Origin: an uncultured Pseudomonadales bacterium
Lineage (GTDB): Bacteria; Patescibacteriota; Microgenomatia; UBA1400; Chazhemtobacteraceae
Assembly (NCBI GenBank): GCA_964422035.1
Contig: CAYQZQ010000001.1
Location: 185,013-249,012 of the forward strand
Direction of reading: 5' to 3'
Length of the DNA: 64,000 bases
Positions within the stretch are counted from its first letter, which is position 1. Every line of letters begins with the position of its first letter. This document shows positions 20,334-29,281 of the stretch, piece by piece. The notes under the pieces are model-generated. The model saw only the letters and a list, made by a program, of their open reading frames with translations. It did no database searches and had not been told where the DNA came from. A program made the position numbers and the translations under genes.

Positions 20334-20738
20334 ATGAGGAAAATACTAAAACCTTTGTTTGTAAACAGCATAGTTTTGTATCTATCGATTTCTATGTACC
20401 CGGGTCTGGTATATGACAAATCTCTTCAAACACTCTTTTGGGCATCTTTGGCCATTTTAGTTTTAGACAAGACTGTTAAACCCATGATTAAGCTTCTAAT
20501 CTTGCCAATAAATGTGTTAACTTTGGGATTGTTTGGGTGGGTGGCTCATGTAATAACAATGTTTTTGTTAACCGAGCTGGTTGCCGGAGTAGCTGTTATC
20601 CCCTTTCACTTTGAAGGTTTTGCATATCAAGGTTTTATAGTTCCAGGCATGAAAGTAACCCTACTGTTGTCATATATTTTTGCCTCGATGATAATTAGTT
20701 TAGTTAAGGGTGCGGTATTGTGGCTGATTTCGGAGTAA
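20334..20738 (+). CDS. 4-TM membrane protein, phage holin superfamily IV / YvlD-like
   Basis: VKPMIKLLILPINVLTLGLF signature; four hydrophobic segments. Confidence 0.75.
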   Translation: MRKILKPLFVNSIVLYLSISMYPGLVYDKSLQTLFWASLAILVLDKTVKPMIKLLILPINVLTLGLFGWVAHVITMFLLTELVAGVAVIPFHFEGFAYQGFIVPGMKVTLLLSYIFASMIISLVKGAVLWLISE

Positions 20739-20753
20739 TCTATAATGGTTAGC

Positions 20754-20963
20754 ATGCAATGGACTTTAGTAGCTCAAATTGTAACTGGAATAGCTTTAAT
20801 CACTTTAATTCTTCTTCAACCTCAAGGTACAGGCTTAGGTAAAGCTTGGGGCGGTGGAAACGTAGCTTATCACTCTAAAAAAGGAATTGAGAAAGCAATG
20901 TTTATCATGACTGTTTCTTTAGCAATATTGTTTGTGTTTTTGGCCATTTATAATCTAATTTAA
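20754..20963 (+). CDS. secG: Preprotein translocase subunit SecG
   Basis: ILLQPQGTGLGKAWGG...KKGIEK and two TM helices. ATG 20754 lies 7 nt after TATAAT. Confidence 0.88.
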   Translation: MQWTLVAQIVTGIALITLILLQPQGTGLGKAWGGGNVAYHSKKGIEKAMFIMTVSLAILFVFLAIYNLI

Positions 20964-20966
20964 GAT

Positions 20967-22292
20967 ATGAAACGGTTTGGGAGGAAGACGTATTGGCTGA
21001 TCACCGGTTTTATTGAAAAATATAAAAATATTATTTTTGGAAGTGTAATAGGTTCTGCTCTTATAATAGGAGGATATTTTTTAATAAGACCTCACTTGCC
21101 CAAACCAAAAAACGTTGAGTATATCGGCGTTGTGGGGAGATCACGTCTGACCCAAATTCCTGAGGAAGTAAATGAGAGCCTTGGTAGTGGATTAACTATT
21201 ATCGGTGACAACGGCAAGCCTGAGCCTGGTATAGCCAAAAGATGGGAGATACTGGACGGCGGTGAAAAATACAGATTTTATTTGGATGAGGATGTCCGCT
21301 GGTCAAATGGTGAACCTGTAAAGCTTGAAGACTTTAATTTTCAAATCGGCGAGGTTGATGTAGAAACAGAAGAACCTAATATTTTTGTGTTCACCTTACC
21401 AGAACCTTTTGCTCCATTCCCAAGCATCTTATCTAAGCCCTTGATTAAAGATGGTCTTTTAACCACTGGCAAGTACACAATTCAGGACATAGAGACTGAT
21501 GGGGCTTATTTAAGACAAATCTGGCTAGAGTCTGACAAAGAAAAGAAGATTTATCGTTTCTATGACACATTAAGTCAGGCAATAACAGCGTTCAAACTAG
21601 GCAGAATCGATGTACTTTCAAGTTTGTTTGACGCACCAGAACTATCAGACTGGCCTAATGTTACGGCTGAGAAAAACATTAAAAATGATCATTATGTTGC
21701 AGTTTTTTACAACACAAATGATTCAATTTTAGGAGGCGATGGAGGTAAAAGTATCAGACAAGCTTTGTCTTATGCAATTGAGGATAAGACGAGGAATGGA
21801 GAGAGAGCATTAACCCCAATCAATCCCAGCAGTTGGGTCTACAATCCTGGCGTTAAAGACTATGAATATAATCCTGTTAGAGCAAATGAGTTGCTTGATG
21901 AAGTACCTGACGAGATCGTGTTGAGAGTTGAGCTGGCAACAATACCTGAATTACTTTCTTTAGCAGAAGAGATCAAAAGCGATTGGAGTGATGTAGGTGT
22001 AACGACAGATATTAAAGTTGTAGCTTCACAACCAAGCCAATTTCAAGCTTTTTTAGGCATGGAAGCTATACCCGCAGACCCTGATCAGTATTATATGTGG
22101 CATTCTACACAAGAGGCTAATATAACTGGATTGCAGAGCCCAAGAATTGACAAATTACTGGAAGACGGCCGGCAAACAATTGATGTAGAAGAGAGAAGGC
22201 AGATATATGTAGATTTTCAGAGATTTCTGGTGGAAGAAGTCCCCGCAGTCTTTTTATATCACCCACAGTCTTTCAAGATTAAAAGAGGTTAG
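20967..22292 (+). CDS. Membrane-anchored ABC transporter substrate-binding protein, family 5 (peptide/nickel)
   Basis: N-terminal TM; PGIAKRW, RWSNGEPV, IRQALSYAI, DPDQYYMWHS, DKLLEDGRQT...PAVFLYHP. Confidence 0.85.
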   Translation: MKRFGRKTYWLITGFIEKYKNIIFGSVIGSALIIGGYFLIRPHLPKPKNVEYIGVVGRSRLTQIPEEVNESLGSGLTIIGDNGKPEPGIAKRWEILDGGEKYRFYLDEDVRWSNGEPVKLEDFNFQIGEVDVETEEPNIFVFTLPEPFAPFPSILSKPLIKDGLLTTGKYTIQDIETDGAYLRQIWLESDKEKKIYRFYDTLSQAITAFKLGRIDVLSSLFDAPELSDWPNVTAEKNIKNDHYVAVFYNTNDSILGGDGGKSIRQALSYAIEDKTRNGERALTPINPSSWVYNPGVKDYEYNPVRANELLDEVPDEIVLRVELATIPELLSLAEEIKSDWSDVGVTTDIKVVASQPSQFQAFLGMEAIPADPDQYYMWHSTQEANITGLQSPRIDKLLEDGRQTIDVEERRQIYVDFQRFLVEEVPAVFLYHPQSFKIKRG

Positions 22293-22888
22293 TTAAATTT
22301 AAGTTTGCTCAGAAGCCAATCCCAAGCGAGAGGGATGATAGAAGCAAAAATGATGATTAGTAAGGTTGGAATGAGGTATTTGTTAACGTCGGGAATTGAT
22401 TGACCTAAATAGTATCCGGCTAGAGACACTGCCGTGATCCAGAATATTGCACTGATGATATTATGGCTAATAAACTGAGAAAATTTCATGTTAGCAATTC
22501 CAGCCACAATTGGAGCGAAAGTTCTGTCTATGGGAATGAATCGGGCCAAGAATATTGTCTTTCTACCGTGCTTTTTATAGAATTTCTCGGTCTTTATTAA
22601 ATATTTTTTCTTGTAGTACCAAGTGTCTTGTCTATTTTTTAACCAAGACCCAAATCTTTTCCCTGTCCAATAAGCAAAAAAGTTGCCCAGTATAGAGGCT
22701 AGTATTAATATTGGAATTAATAGCCAAATATGAAAGATGTTTTGCGAAGCGATAAATCCTGCGCTAAAAACTAAACTACTACCTGGCAAAAAGAAGCCAA
22801 AAAATAATCCTGTCTGAGCAAAGATAACTATAGTCAATCCCAAATAGCCAATAGTTTCAGTTGTGGTTAAAATGTCTGCTCCAAGCAT
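22289..22888 (-). CDS. DedA family membrane protein
   Basis: FAQTGLFFGFFLPGSSL, YWTG..G, F..HG...IFLARFIPIDRTFAPIVAG. Confidence 0.9.
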   Translation of the reverse strand: MLGADILTTTETIGYLGLTIVIFAQTGLFFGFFLPGSSLVFSAGFIASQNIFHIWLLIPILILASILGNFFAYWTGKRFGSWLKNRQDTWYYKKKYLIKTEKFYKKHGRKTIFLARFIPIDRTFAPIVAGIANMKFSQFISHNIISAIFWITAVSLAGYYLGQSIPDVNKYLIPTLLIIIFASIIPLAWDWLLSKLKFN

Positions 22889-22926
22889 ATCTATTTAAGA
22901 TTACCATACTGGTAATTATTATTGTC

Positions 22927-22954
22927 TTGACATAAATTTTTATTTTTTTATAAT
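22927..22954 (+). promoter_or_regulatory. Sigma-70 promoter of hsp20
   Basis: TTGACA (22927-32), 16 nt spacer, TATAAT (22949-54). Confidence 0.85.
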
Positions 22955-22959
22955 GATTA

Positions 22960-22986
22960 TTAGCAGTCTTATCGATCGAGTGATAA
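22960..22986 (+). promoter_or_regulatory. CIRCE element (HrcA operator)
   Basis: TTAGCAGTC-N9-GAGTGATAA; one mismatch per arm versus TTAGCACTC-N9-GAGTGCTAA; just downstream of the -10 of a heat-shock gene. Confidence 0.8.
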
Positions 22987-23033
22987 GACTAAATATAATC
23001 AATTAACTATTATAAAGGAGGTGAAAATATCAA

Positions 23034-23438
23034 ATGGCAATAATGAAATGGGATCCGTTTGATGTGCATTCATTTATGCGATGGCCTATGGCGCTGGAGG
23101 ATGAACAACTTGATCCTTCAAATAGACAATTAGATGTATATGAGACCGAAGAAAATATTGTAGTCAAAGCAGGGATTGCAGGAGTAAAACCTGAGAACAT
23201 TGATATTACATTTGACGATGGAGTATTAACAATTCGTGGAGAGGAAGAGGAAGAAGAAGAGAATGATGATAAAAAGTTCTATAAAAAATCTCAACGCTCT
23301 TACTCTTATCGAGTAGCTGTTCCTGGTAATATTGATCTTGATCAAGACCCAGAGGCAGAAGTCAATGAAGGAGTATTAACTGTGAAATTTGTCAAGTCAG
23401 AAGAGGCCAAACCACGCAAAATCGAAGTAAAAGTATAA
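23034..23438 (+). CDS. Small heat shock protein (Hsp20/alpha-crystallin)
   Basis: WDPF, LDVYET, GVKPENIDIT..GVLTIRGE, EGVLTV, IEV C-terminal motif; strong SD AAAGGAGGTGA. Confidence 0.93.
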   Translation: MAIMKWDPFDVHSFMRWPMALEDEQLDPSNRQLDVYETEENIVVKAGIAGVKPENIDITFDDGVLTIRGEEEEEEENDDKKFYKKSQRSYSYRVAVPGNIDLDQDPEAEVNEGVLTVKFVKSEEAKPRKIEVKV

Positions 23439-23457
23439 GAATGTAAAGATCAATAGC

Positions 23458-23489
23458 AAACCCCCGCTGTTTTATTAGCGGGGGTTTTT
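23458..23489 (+). terminator. Intrinsic terminator after hsp20
   Basis: AAACCCCCGCT-loop-AGCGGGGGTTT followed by T's. Confidence 0.85.
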
Positions 23490-23531
23490 AATCCTTTAAA
23501 GTGCTTTTGCTTTGAGATAAAATGATCAAGT

Positions 23532-24173
23532 ATGCATTTTATTGAAGTAATAATCGATTACCTTGAAGTTCTGGCTACAAAGATGCCAGTTGAAGTGTTT
23601 GCATTCGTTGGCGCATTTGTAGAAGAGGTAATTGCCCCAGTCCCCTCCCCGATTGTGATGACTTTGTCTGGTTCTCTGGCTTCAGCTGAAGGCAAGGTTT
23701 TTGTATTTTTATTTTGGATATCTTTAATTGGAGCTGTGGGAAAGACTTTAGGCGGGCTTGTTTTGTATGTTATTACTGATAAAGCTGAGGATATTTTGGC
23801 TACACGGTTTGGCAAGATGTTGGGAATAACTCATAAAGAGATTGAGAACATCGGAGAAAGAATTGATAAAGGCATGAGAGACGATATTGTTCTTTTGGTT
23901 CTTAGATCATTACCTGTGGTTCCTAGTGCACCGATATCTGTTGTGTGTGGATTGATCAAGATGGATCTTAAGACTTTTACTTGGGCTACTTTTGTAGGTA
24001 CTTTTATAAGAAATATGTTTTACTTGGTGGTTGGCTTCAGTGGACTGGAAAGCTATCAGCGATACATGCATGGCATTGAAGGAGTTGAGTCGATAGTGCA
24101 GATCGTGATTGTGGCGGCAGTTGGTGGATTTTTGGTATGGGGGTATATTAAGCGAAAAGATTTGTTTAAGTAA
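23532..24173 (+). CDS. DedA/VTT superfamily membrane protein
   Basis: FVEEVIAPVPS, LRSLPVVPS, GLIKMDLKTFTWATFVG; multiple TMs. Confidence 0.82.
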   Translation: MHFIEVIIDYLEVLATKMPVEVFAFVGAFVEEVIAPVPSPIVMTLSGSLASAEGKVFVFLFWISLIGAVGKTLGGLVLYVITDKAEDILATRFGKMLGITHKEIENIGERIDKGMRDDIVLLVLRSLPVVPSAPISVVCGLIKMDLKTFTWATFVGTFIRNMFYLVVGFSGLESYQRYMHGIEGVESIVQIVIVAAVGGFLVWGYIKRKDLFK

Positions 24174-24236
24174 TTTCTTTTCAGATTATCAGAGTTGGTG
24201 ATGAGTGTTTCGGGGATTTTATTTAATTGTATGGTG

Positions 24237-24307
24237 TTGCCGGGCTAGGATTCGAACCTAGATAACCGCCTTCAAAGGGCGATGTCCTACCGTTAGACGA
24301 CCCGGCA
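24237..24307 (-). tRNA. tRNA-Gln(TTG)
   Basis: Cloverleaf TGCCGGG/CCCGGCA, anticodon loop CTTTGAA, T-loop TTCGAAT; no encoded CCA. Confidence 0.93.
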
Positions 24308-24334
24308 AAGTAGTTTACATTTTACCAAATTATG

Positions 24335-24407
24335 AGCGGCGGACCGGGTTCGAACCGGCGACCTTCTCCTTGGGAAGGAGACGTTCTACCAACTGAACTA
24401 CCACCGC
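24335..24407 (-). tRNA. tRNA-Gly(CCC)
   Basis: GCGGTGG acceptor, anticodon loop TTCCCAA, U73. Confidence 0.95.
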
Positions 24408-24447
24408 AGTAACTCAATTTTATCAGACTAGAAATAAATCATTTGGT

Positions 24448-24523
24448 TGGAGCGGCGGACCGGACTCGAACCGGCGACCTTCTCGTTGGCAACGAGACGT
24501 TCTACCAACTGAACTACCACCGC
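24448..24523 (-). tRNA. tRNA-Gly(GCC)
   Basis: Anticodon loop TTGCCAA; encoded CCA. Confidence 0.95.
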
Positions 24524-24549
24524 ATGTTTGTATTTTATCAAATTACTTG

Positions 24550-24622
24550 TGCCGAGGCTCGGAATCGAACCGAGATCTGAGGTTTTTCAGACCACCGCCG
24601 TGACCAACTTGGCTACCTCGGC
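24550..24622 (-). tRNA. tRNA-Phe(GAA)
   Basis: GCCGAGG/CCTCGGC acceptor, loop CTGAAAA; one T-T mismatch in the anticodon stem. Confidence 0.92.
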
Positions 24623-24654
24623 AATTAAACAATTATATTTTACACGATTTAGTG

Positions 24655-24728
24655 TGGACTCGCCTGGGATCGAACCAGGGACCTTGCGGATGTAAACCGC
24701 ACGCTCTAACCAGCTGAGCTACGAGTCC
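24655..24728 (-). tRNA. tRNA-Val(TAC)
   Basis: TGCGG-TTTACAT-CCGCA anticodon arm. Confidence 0.95.
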
Positions 24729-24749
24729 ATTACTATAATTTTACCAAAT

Positions 24750-26510
24750 TTACTTGACTGTTACTGATTTGGCCAGATTACGGGGCATATCCGGATCAAG
24801 GTCTTTGAATAAGGCTAAGTAGTAGGCAAGGATTTGTCCAACAACAATGTTAGGAATTATTGAGGCAGTACCAGCATCATCTACGGGTACATAATCATCA
24901 AAGATTGATTCATTTTGGGGTGATAAACCAATAATTCTTCCTCCCCTGGCTTGCACTTCCATGGCGGCTGTTAATATGTCTGACTTTGTTTCATCATCGG
25001 GCGCCAAAACAATACAAGGTGTCCCCTTCTCTATTAAGGCAATTACGCCATGTTTTAGCTCTCCTGAGGGAAATCCTTCAGCGTGAATGTATGATATTTC
25101 TTTAATCTTTAAAGCTATCTCAAGGGCTGCAGGATATGATTGGCCTTTGCCCAACACAAATATTGAAGAGCTATCTTTTGTATCTTTAGCAATTTTTTTA
25201 AGCTTTTTAACCGAAGTCTCGTGAAGCACTTTTTTGCTTGATACTACTGCCTTTTTTAATTGTTCTTTGGCTTTTTTTGATTCACCTGTGTATTGGTAAG
25301 CAGCCATTAATAAAAGGCTTAATTTGGCCGTAAAAGCTTTGGTGCTGGCAACAGCTTTTTCAGGGCCTGCTTCTAGAAAAATACTTTCATCACTTATTCG
25401 ATCGAGAGTTGAGCCTTTGGTGTTTATCAAGGAAAAAGTTTTTGAGCCCTTTTTATTTGCATGCCTGATTGACTGGATAGTATCGATTGTTTCCCCACTT
25501 TGTGAAAGAGCAATGCACAAACTGTCTGGGTTTAAAAAATCAGAATGATAGTAAAATTCAGAACCTATGGCTGGATTAATTTGTTTTTTGGCGATGCGGG
25601 AAAAGAAATACTGGCCTGCCAGAGCAGCATAGGCAGCAGTACCACAAGCTACCGCAAAAACATTGTCTGCTTTTTTAATTTGATCAGCCAGCTTTTGTGT
25701 TGATGGAAGCTTGTCTTGGATAATTTTTTCGATTAATTGTGGTTGTTGATAAATTTCTTTTATCATGAAATGCTTGTGCTCACCTTTCTCTGCTTGTTGA
25801 GGCTTCCAGTCAATTGTTTCAACTTTATATTCAGTTTTTTTACCTGTATGAAGATCATAGATGCTTACATCATTTGGTGAAATTGTGGCAATCTGATCAT
25901 CTTTAAGGTGGATAATTTTATTAGTTTGAGGCAGCAAAGAAGCAATATCTGAAGCGACAAGATGGTTGCCTTTGTTGTAGCCGATGACTATTGGAGATCC
26001 TGTTTTGGCGGCTACTAAGTAGGGATAATCTTGGTGAAAAACCAAAAAGGCATTTATTCCCTTAGTTTGTCTAACGGTTTTTCTAACTGCTTTAAGCAGG
26101 TCTTTATCTTTCTTTAGGTTCTGCTCGATTAGGTGAACTACTATCTCGGAATCAGTCTGCGAATTAATTAGATGTTTGGCTTCAAGTTTATCTTTTAGCT
26201 GTTGCCAGTTGTCAACAATGCCGTTATGTACTAGCGTCAATTTACCAGAACAGTCAACGTGCGGGTGAGCGTTGGTTTTACTAACCTTGCCGTGGGTGGC
26301 CCAACGAGTATGACCGATACCTAACTTGCTTTTGGGAAGATCTGTTTTTGAATTTGAAATTTTACCGACTTTCTTTTGCGTGAGAACTTTCTGCTTGCCT
26401 TTAACTGCTATACCCCAGGAGTCATATCCACGATATTCCAGAAGCTTTAATCCCTCCAAGATTGTTTGGGCGCTGTCTTGATCGTTAGTCGTCGCAAATA
26501 TCCCACACAT
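24750..26510 (-). CDS. glmS: Glutamine--fructose-6-phosphate aminotransferase
   Basis: True start MCGIF (catalytic Cys) at 26510; LEYRGYDS, GHTRWATHG, SQSGET, VASTKAFT, PRNLAKSVTV. The ORF-track extension runs into a tRNA. Confidence 0.97.
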   Translation of the reverse strand: MCGIFATTNDQDSAQTILEGLKLLEYRGYDSWGIAVKGKQKVLTQKKVGKISNSKTDLPKSKLGIGHTRWATHGKVSKTNAHPHVDCSGKLTLVHNGIVDNWQQLKDKLEAKHLINSQTDSEIVVHLIEQNLKKDKDLLKAVRKTVRQTKGINAFLVFHQDYPYLVAAKTGSPIVIGYNKGNHLVASDIASLLPQTNKIIHLKDDQIATISPNDVSIYDLHTGKKTEYKVETIDWKPQQAEKGEHKHFMIKEIYQQPQLIEKIIQDKLPSTQKLADQIKKADNVFAVACGTAAYAALAGQYFFSRIAKKQINPAIGSEFYYHSDFLNPDSLCIALSQSGETIDTIQSIRHANKKGSKTFSLINTKGSTLDRISDESIFLEAGPEKAVASTKAFTAKLSLLLMAAYQYTGESKKAKEQLKKAVVSSKKVLHETSVKKLKKIAKDTKDSSSIFVLGKGQSYPAALEIALKIKEISYIHAEGFPSGELKHGVIALIEKGTPCIVLAPDDETKSDILTAAMEVQARGGRIIGLSPQNESIFDDYVPVDDAGTASIIPNIVVGQILAYYLALFKDLDPDMPRNLAKSVTVK

Positions 26511-26538
26511 GGGTGTAAGTATAGCAAGGATAGTTTTG

Positions 26539-26622
26539 TGCCGAGGAGAGGACTTGAACCTCCACGGGGAAAACCCCACTACGTCCTCAACGTAGCCTGT
26601 CTACCAGTTCCAGCACCTCGGC
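26539..26622 (-). tRNA. tRNA-Leu(GAG)
   Basis: CTACG-TTGAGGA-CGTAG, long variable arm. Confidence 0.95.
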
Positions 26623-26626
26623 TTTG

Positions 26627-26710
26627 TGGGCAGGAGAGGACTCGAACCTCCACGAGCAAATGCCCATACGGATCTGAACCGTACGCGTCTACCAGTTCCG
26701 CCACCTGCCC
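26627..26710 (-). tRNA. tRNA-Leu(CAG)
   Basis: TACGG-TTCAGAT-CCGTA, long variable arm. Confidence 0.95.
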
Positions 26711-26822
26711 GCGTATGGTTTTGACTGAATAAAATTATACCACCATAAGGCAATTTAGGTTTGACAAGAATGGCGGGATAGATAAAATGGAACTATAGAA
26801 GGTTATTAGTTATAGCAAAAAG

Positions 26823-27710
26823 ATGAGTAGAACAAAGAAAATGCCTAGTATCAAGAAATTAATTGCTCAATCCTGGGAGCGAGTAATTGAAAACTTTAGC
26901 GGATTAATTAAACTTTTGCTACTTGGGTGGCTTGGATATGCTTTAGTTGTACTAGTTAGTTCAGCGTGGCTTTTGGCCTTGGGAGTAACTAATAAAAATA
27001 TCATTTCAAAAGCAACTGCCAATCCTATGATTCTTTTGGAGTCTGGTCTGGTTTTGCAGTCTGCTGTTGTTTTGATTGTGTTAATGTTGCTTTTTGTAGT
27101 CCTTACGAATCTAATTACCATCGTCAAGATAAGAGTTTTAACAGGAAGCAGCAATATTATTGATACGGCTAAGAAAAACTTTAAGTTAGTTCTACCACTT
27201 ATTGGCCTTAATTTATTGATCTGGTTATTGATTTTTGGAGGAACCTGGCTTGTGTTGATTCCTGGCTTAGTTATTTACCTCTTTACAATTTTCGCTAGCT
27301 TGGAGCTTGTTCTTGCTGAGAAGGGAGTTATTTCATCTATCAAGAATAGTGTCCTCAAAGTTAAGGCTAACTTTGGCAAAGTATTGGTCCGTCTGTTGGC
27401 TTTGGCGGGCTTAATGGCTATAGTGTGGGGCCTGTCAGCCGCAATGTTTAAGTCAGAGTCATTGGGAGGCTTGCTCTTGTCATTCTTGAGAGTATTTGCA
27501 GGATGGTATGGTACTGCTTACATAATTGAGCTCTACAAGCATCTGGGCAGCCCAGAGGATAAAGAATGTGCTACCTGGTGGGTGTGGTTACTGGGACTAC
27601 TAGGCTGGATGGTCTTAATTGGGCTGGGTATCTTTGTTTTTAGAAACTTCTCCTCCTGGGGACAACCCTTGCTACAAGATCCCACCTTGCTCCCCACAGA
27701 GATGTCGTAA
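26823..27710 (+). CDS. Multi-pass membrane protein of unknown function
   Basis: About 7 hydrophobic segments; TTGACA-16-TAAAAT promoter at 26761-26788. Confidence 0.75.
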   Translation: MSRTKKMPSIKKLIAQSWERVIENFSGLIKLLLLGWLGYALVVLVSSAWLLALGVTNKNIISKATANPMILLESGLVLQSAVVLIVLMLLFVVLTNLITIVKIRVLTGSSNIIDTAKKNFKLVLPLIGLNLLIWLLIFGGTWLVLIPGLVIYLFTIFASLELVLAEKGVISSIKNSVLKVKANFGKVLVRLLALAGLMAIVWGLSAAMFKSESLGGLLLSFLRVFAGWYGTAYIIELYKHLGSPEDKECATWWVWLLGLLGWMVLIGLGIFVFRNFSSWGQPLLQDPTLLPTEMS

Positions 27711-27759
27711 GTGGTCAAATAGGTACTAGAGGATTTTAAGTGGTAAAATATTAGGTGTC

Positions 27760-27844
27760 GCCGAGGTGGCGGAATAGGCAGACGCGCGGGACTTAAAATC
27801 CCGTGAGGAGATCCCTCGTGCGGGTTCGATTCCCGCCCTCGGCA
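27760..27844 (+). tRNA. tRNA-Leu(TAA)
   Basis: CGGGA-CTTAAAA-TCCCG, long variable arm. Confidence 0.95.
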
Positions 27845-27861
27845 CAGACGCACATTTTATA

Positions 27862-27937
27862 CGGGGCGTAGCTCAGATGGCAGAGTGCTGCGTTTGGGAC
27901 GCAGAGGTCCTCGGTTCGAGCCCGAGCGCCCCGACCA
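27862..27937 (+). tRNA. tRNA-Pro(TGG)
   Basis: CTGCG-TTTGGGA-CGCAG; encoded CCA. Confidence 0.95.
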
Positions 27938-27947
27938 AATATGTAGT

Positions 27948-28022
27948 GCGGGAGTAGCTCAATGGTTAGAGCATCTGCCTTCCAAGCAGAAGATGGGGGT
28001 TCGATTCCCCTCTCCCGCTCCA
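27948..28022 (+). tRNA. tRNA-Gly(TCC)
   Basis: TCTGC-CTTCCAA-GCAGA; encoded CCA. Confidence 0.95.
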
Positions 28023-28023
28023 G

Positions 28024-28100
28024 GCGCCCATAGCTCAGTTGGATAGAGCGACTGCCTTCTAAGCAGTAGGTCGCAGGTTCGAATCCTGCTGGGCGCACCA
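28024..28100 (+). tRNA. tRNA-Arg(TCT)
   Basis: ACTGC-CTTCTAA-GCAGT; encoded CCA. Confidence 0.95.
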
Positions 28101-28112
28101 AGCATATGACAT

Positions 28113-28186
28113 GGTGGCTGTAGCTCAGGGGTTAGAGCGCCGCTCTGTGGAAGCGGAGGTCGCGGGTTCGATTCTCGTCAGCCACC
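28113..28186 (+). tRNA. tRNA-His(GTG)
   Basis: CCGCT-CTGTGGA-AGCGG; encoded G-1 opposite C73. Confidence 0.94.
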
Positions 28187-28209
28187 CAAACTTAAAATAA
28201 ATCTTTAAT

Positions 28210-29160
28210 ATGAATAGAAAGATATACATTCTTTTTGGCGGACCAAGTTCAGAACATGAAGTATCATTTGGTACTAGAGACTATTTCCTTAAGTTGTATA
28301 GGGATAAGCAACCTACAACAATTTACTGGAGACGTGACGGGAAATTTGAGATTATGGGTGAAGAGTATTCAGAAGATAAAGTTATTTCTTTTTTATCAGA
28401 AAAAAAGGCCGTAGTACTTATTGCTGCCCACGGTGAAAAAGTTGAAGATGGTTATATTCAACAAAAATTTGAGAAGGAAAGAATACCTTTTACAGGCTCG
28501 GATTCTGATTCATGTGAGTTATCGATGGACAAGTACCGATCTATGGAACATGTAAAGAGTATTGTAAATGTGCCTAAAACATATAAGACTGCCCCAGCAG
28601 ATTTTAATTTCCAAAAGATGGTTAAAATTATTGGAAAAGATTATCCTTTATTTGTAAAGCCGGTTGATTTGGGTTCTTCGGTGGATATCCATAAAGTAGA
28701 AAGTGAGACTAAGTTAAAAAAGTTAATAAAAAGGTTGAGTAGAGATGAATATTTATTTCAGTCCGAGATCAAAGGTACTGAGGTTTCACTGGCTAGTGTA
28801 CGCGAAGACAACTCCTTTATGAACCTCTACCCTACCGAGATTATTCCCAGTTCAGACTTTTTTGATTATAAGGCCAAGTACATTCCAGGACAGTCAGAAG
28901 AGATTACACCGGCAAGGATATCTGAAAAGTTAACCAAAAAGCTACAAGAAAAGACCAACAAGATACATCAAGCTCTGGGATTGGGATATTATTCACGGTC
29001 TGATTTCATAATCGATGAAAATGAAGAAATTTTTTATTTAGAGACTAATTCACTGCCTGGAATGACTCAGACATCTTTAGTTCCTCAACAGCTTAAGTAT
29101 TCAGAAAAGGTAAAAGATTTTATAGAAGGATTAATAAACAGGAAGAACTTGATAGGTTGA
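28210..29160 (+). CDS. ddl: D-alanine--D-alanine ligase
   Basis: FGGPSSEHEVS, HG...EDG, MDK, FVKPVDLGSS, FFDYKAKY, RSDF, LETNSLPGMTQTSLVP. Confidence 0.93.
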   Translation: MNRKIYILFGGPSSEHEVSFGTRDYFLKLYRDKQPTTIYWRRDGKFEIMGEEYSEDKVISFLSEKKAVVLIAAHGEKVEDGYIQQKFEKERIPFTGSDSDSCELSMDKYRSMEHVKSIVNVPKTYKTAPADFNFQKMVKIIGKDYPLFVKPVDLGSSVDIHKVESETKLKKLIKRLSRDEYLFQSEIKGTEVSLASVREDNSFMNLYPTEIIPSSDFFDYKAKYIPGQSEEITPARISEKLTKKLQEKTNKIHQALGLGYYSRSDFIIDENEEIFYLETNSLPGMTQTSLVPQQLKYSEKVKDFIEGLINRKNLIG

Positions 29161-29204
29161 GAATAATTTAAAAAGAACACCTTGAGAGGTATAATAAGGT
29201 CATT

Positions 29205-29281
29205 GCGTCGTTAGCTCAGTTGGTCAGAGCACCTGCCTCTTAAGCAGGGTGTCCTGGGTTCGAATCCCAGACGACGCACCA
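29205..29281 (+). tRNA. tRNA-Lys(CTT)
   Basis: CCTGC-CTCTTAA-GCAGG; encoded CCA. Confidence 0.95.

Noticed and set aside
20334-20738. Holin-family gene as evidence of a prophage
   Set aside because: No phage structural, integrase or endolysin genes adjacent; this family commonly occurs next to uvr genes on chromosomes.
24237-24750. Regularly spaced similar sequences resembling a repeat or CRISPR array
   Set aside because: They resolve into five tRNA cloverleafs with short promoter-bearing spacers.
26511-26538. glmS ribozyme upstream of glmS
   Set aside because: Only 28 nt separate the ATG from tRNA-Leu, occupied by a -10 box; no room for the ribozyme.
26466-28101. ORF-track ORFs 26466-26732, 27533-27853, 27793-28101 and the glmS extension to 26579
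   Set aside because: They overlap clear tRNA genes; shadow translations.
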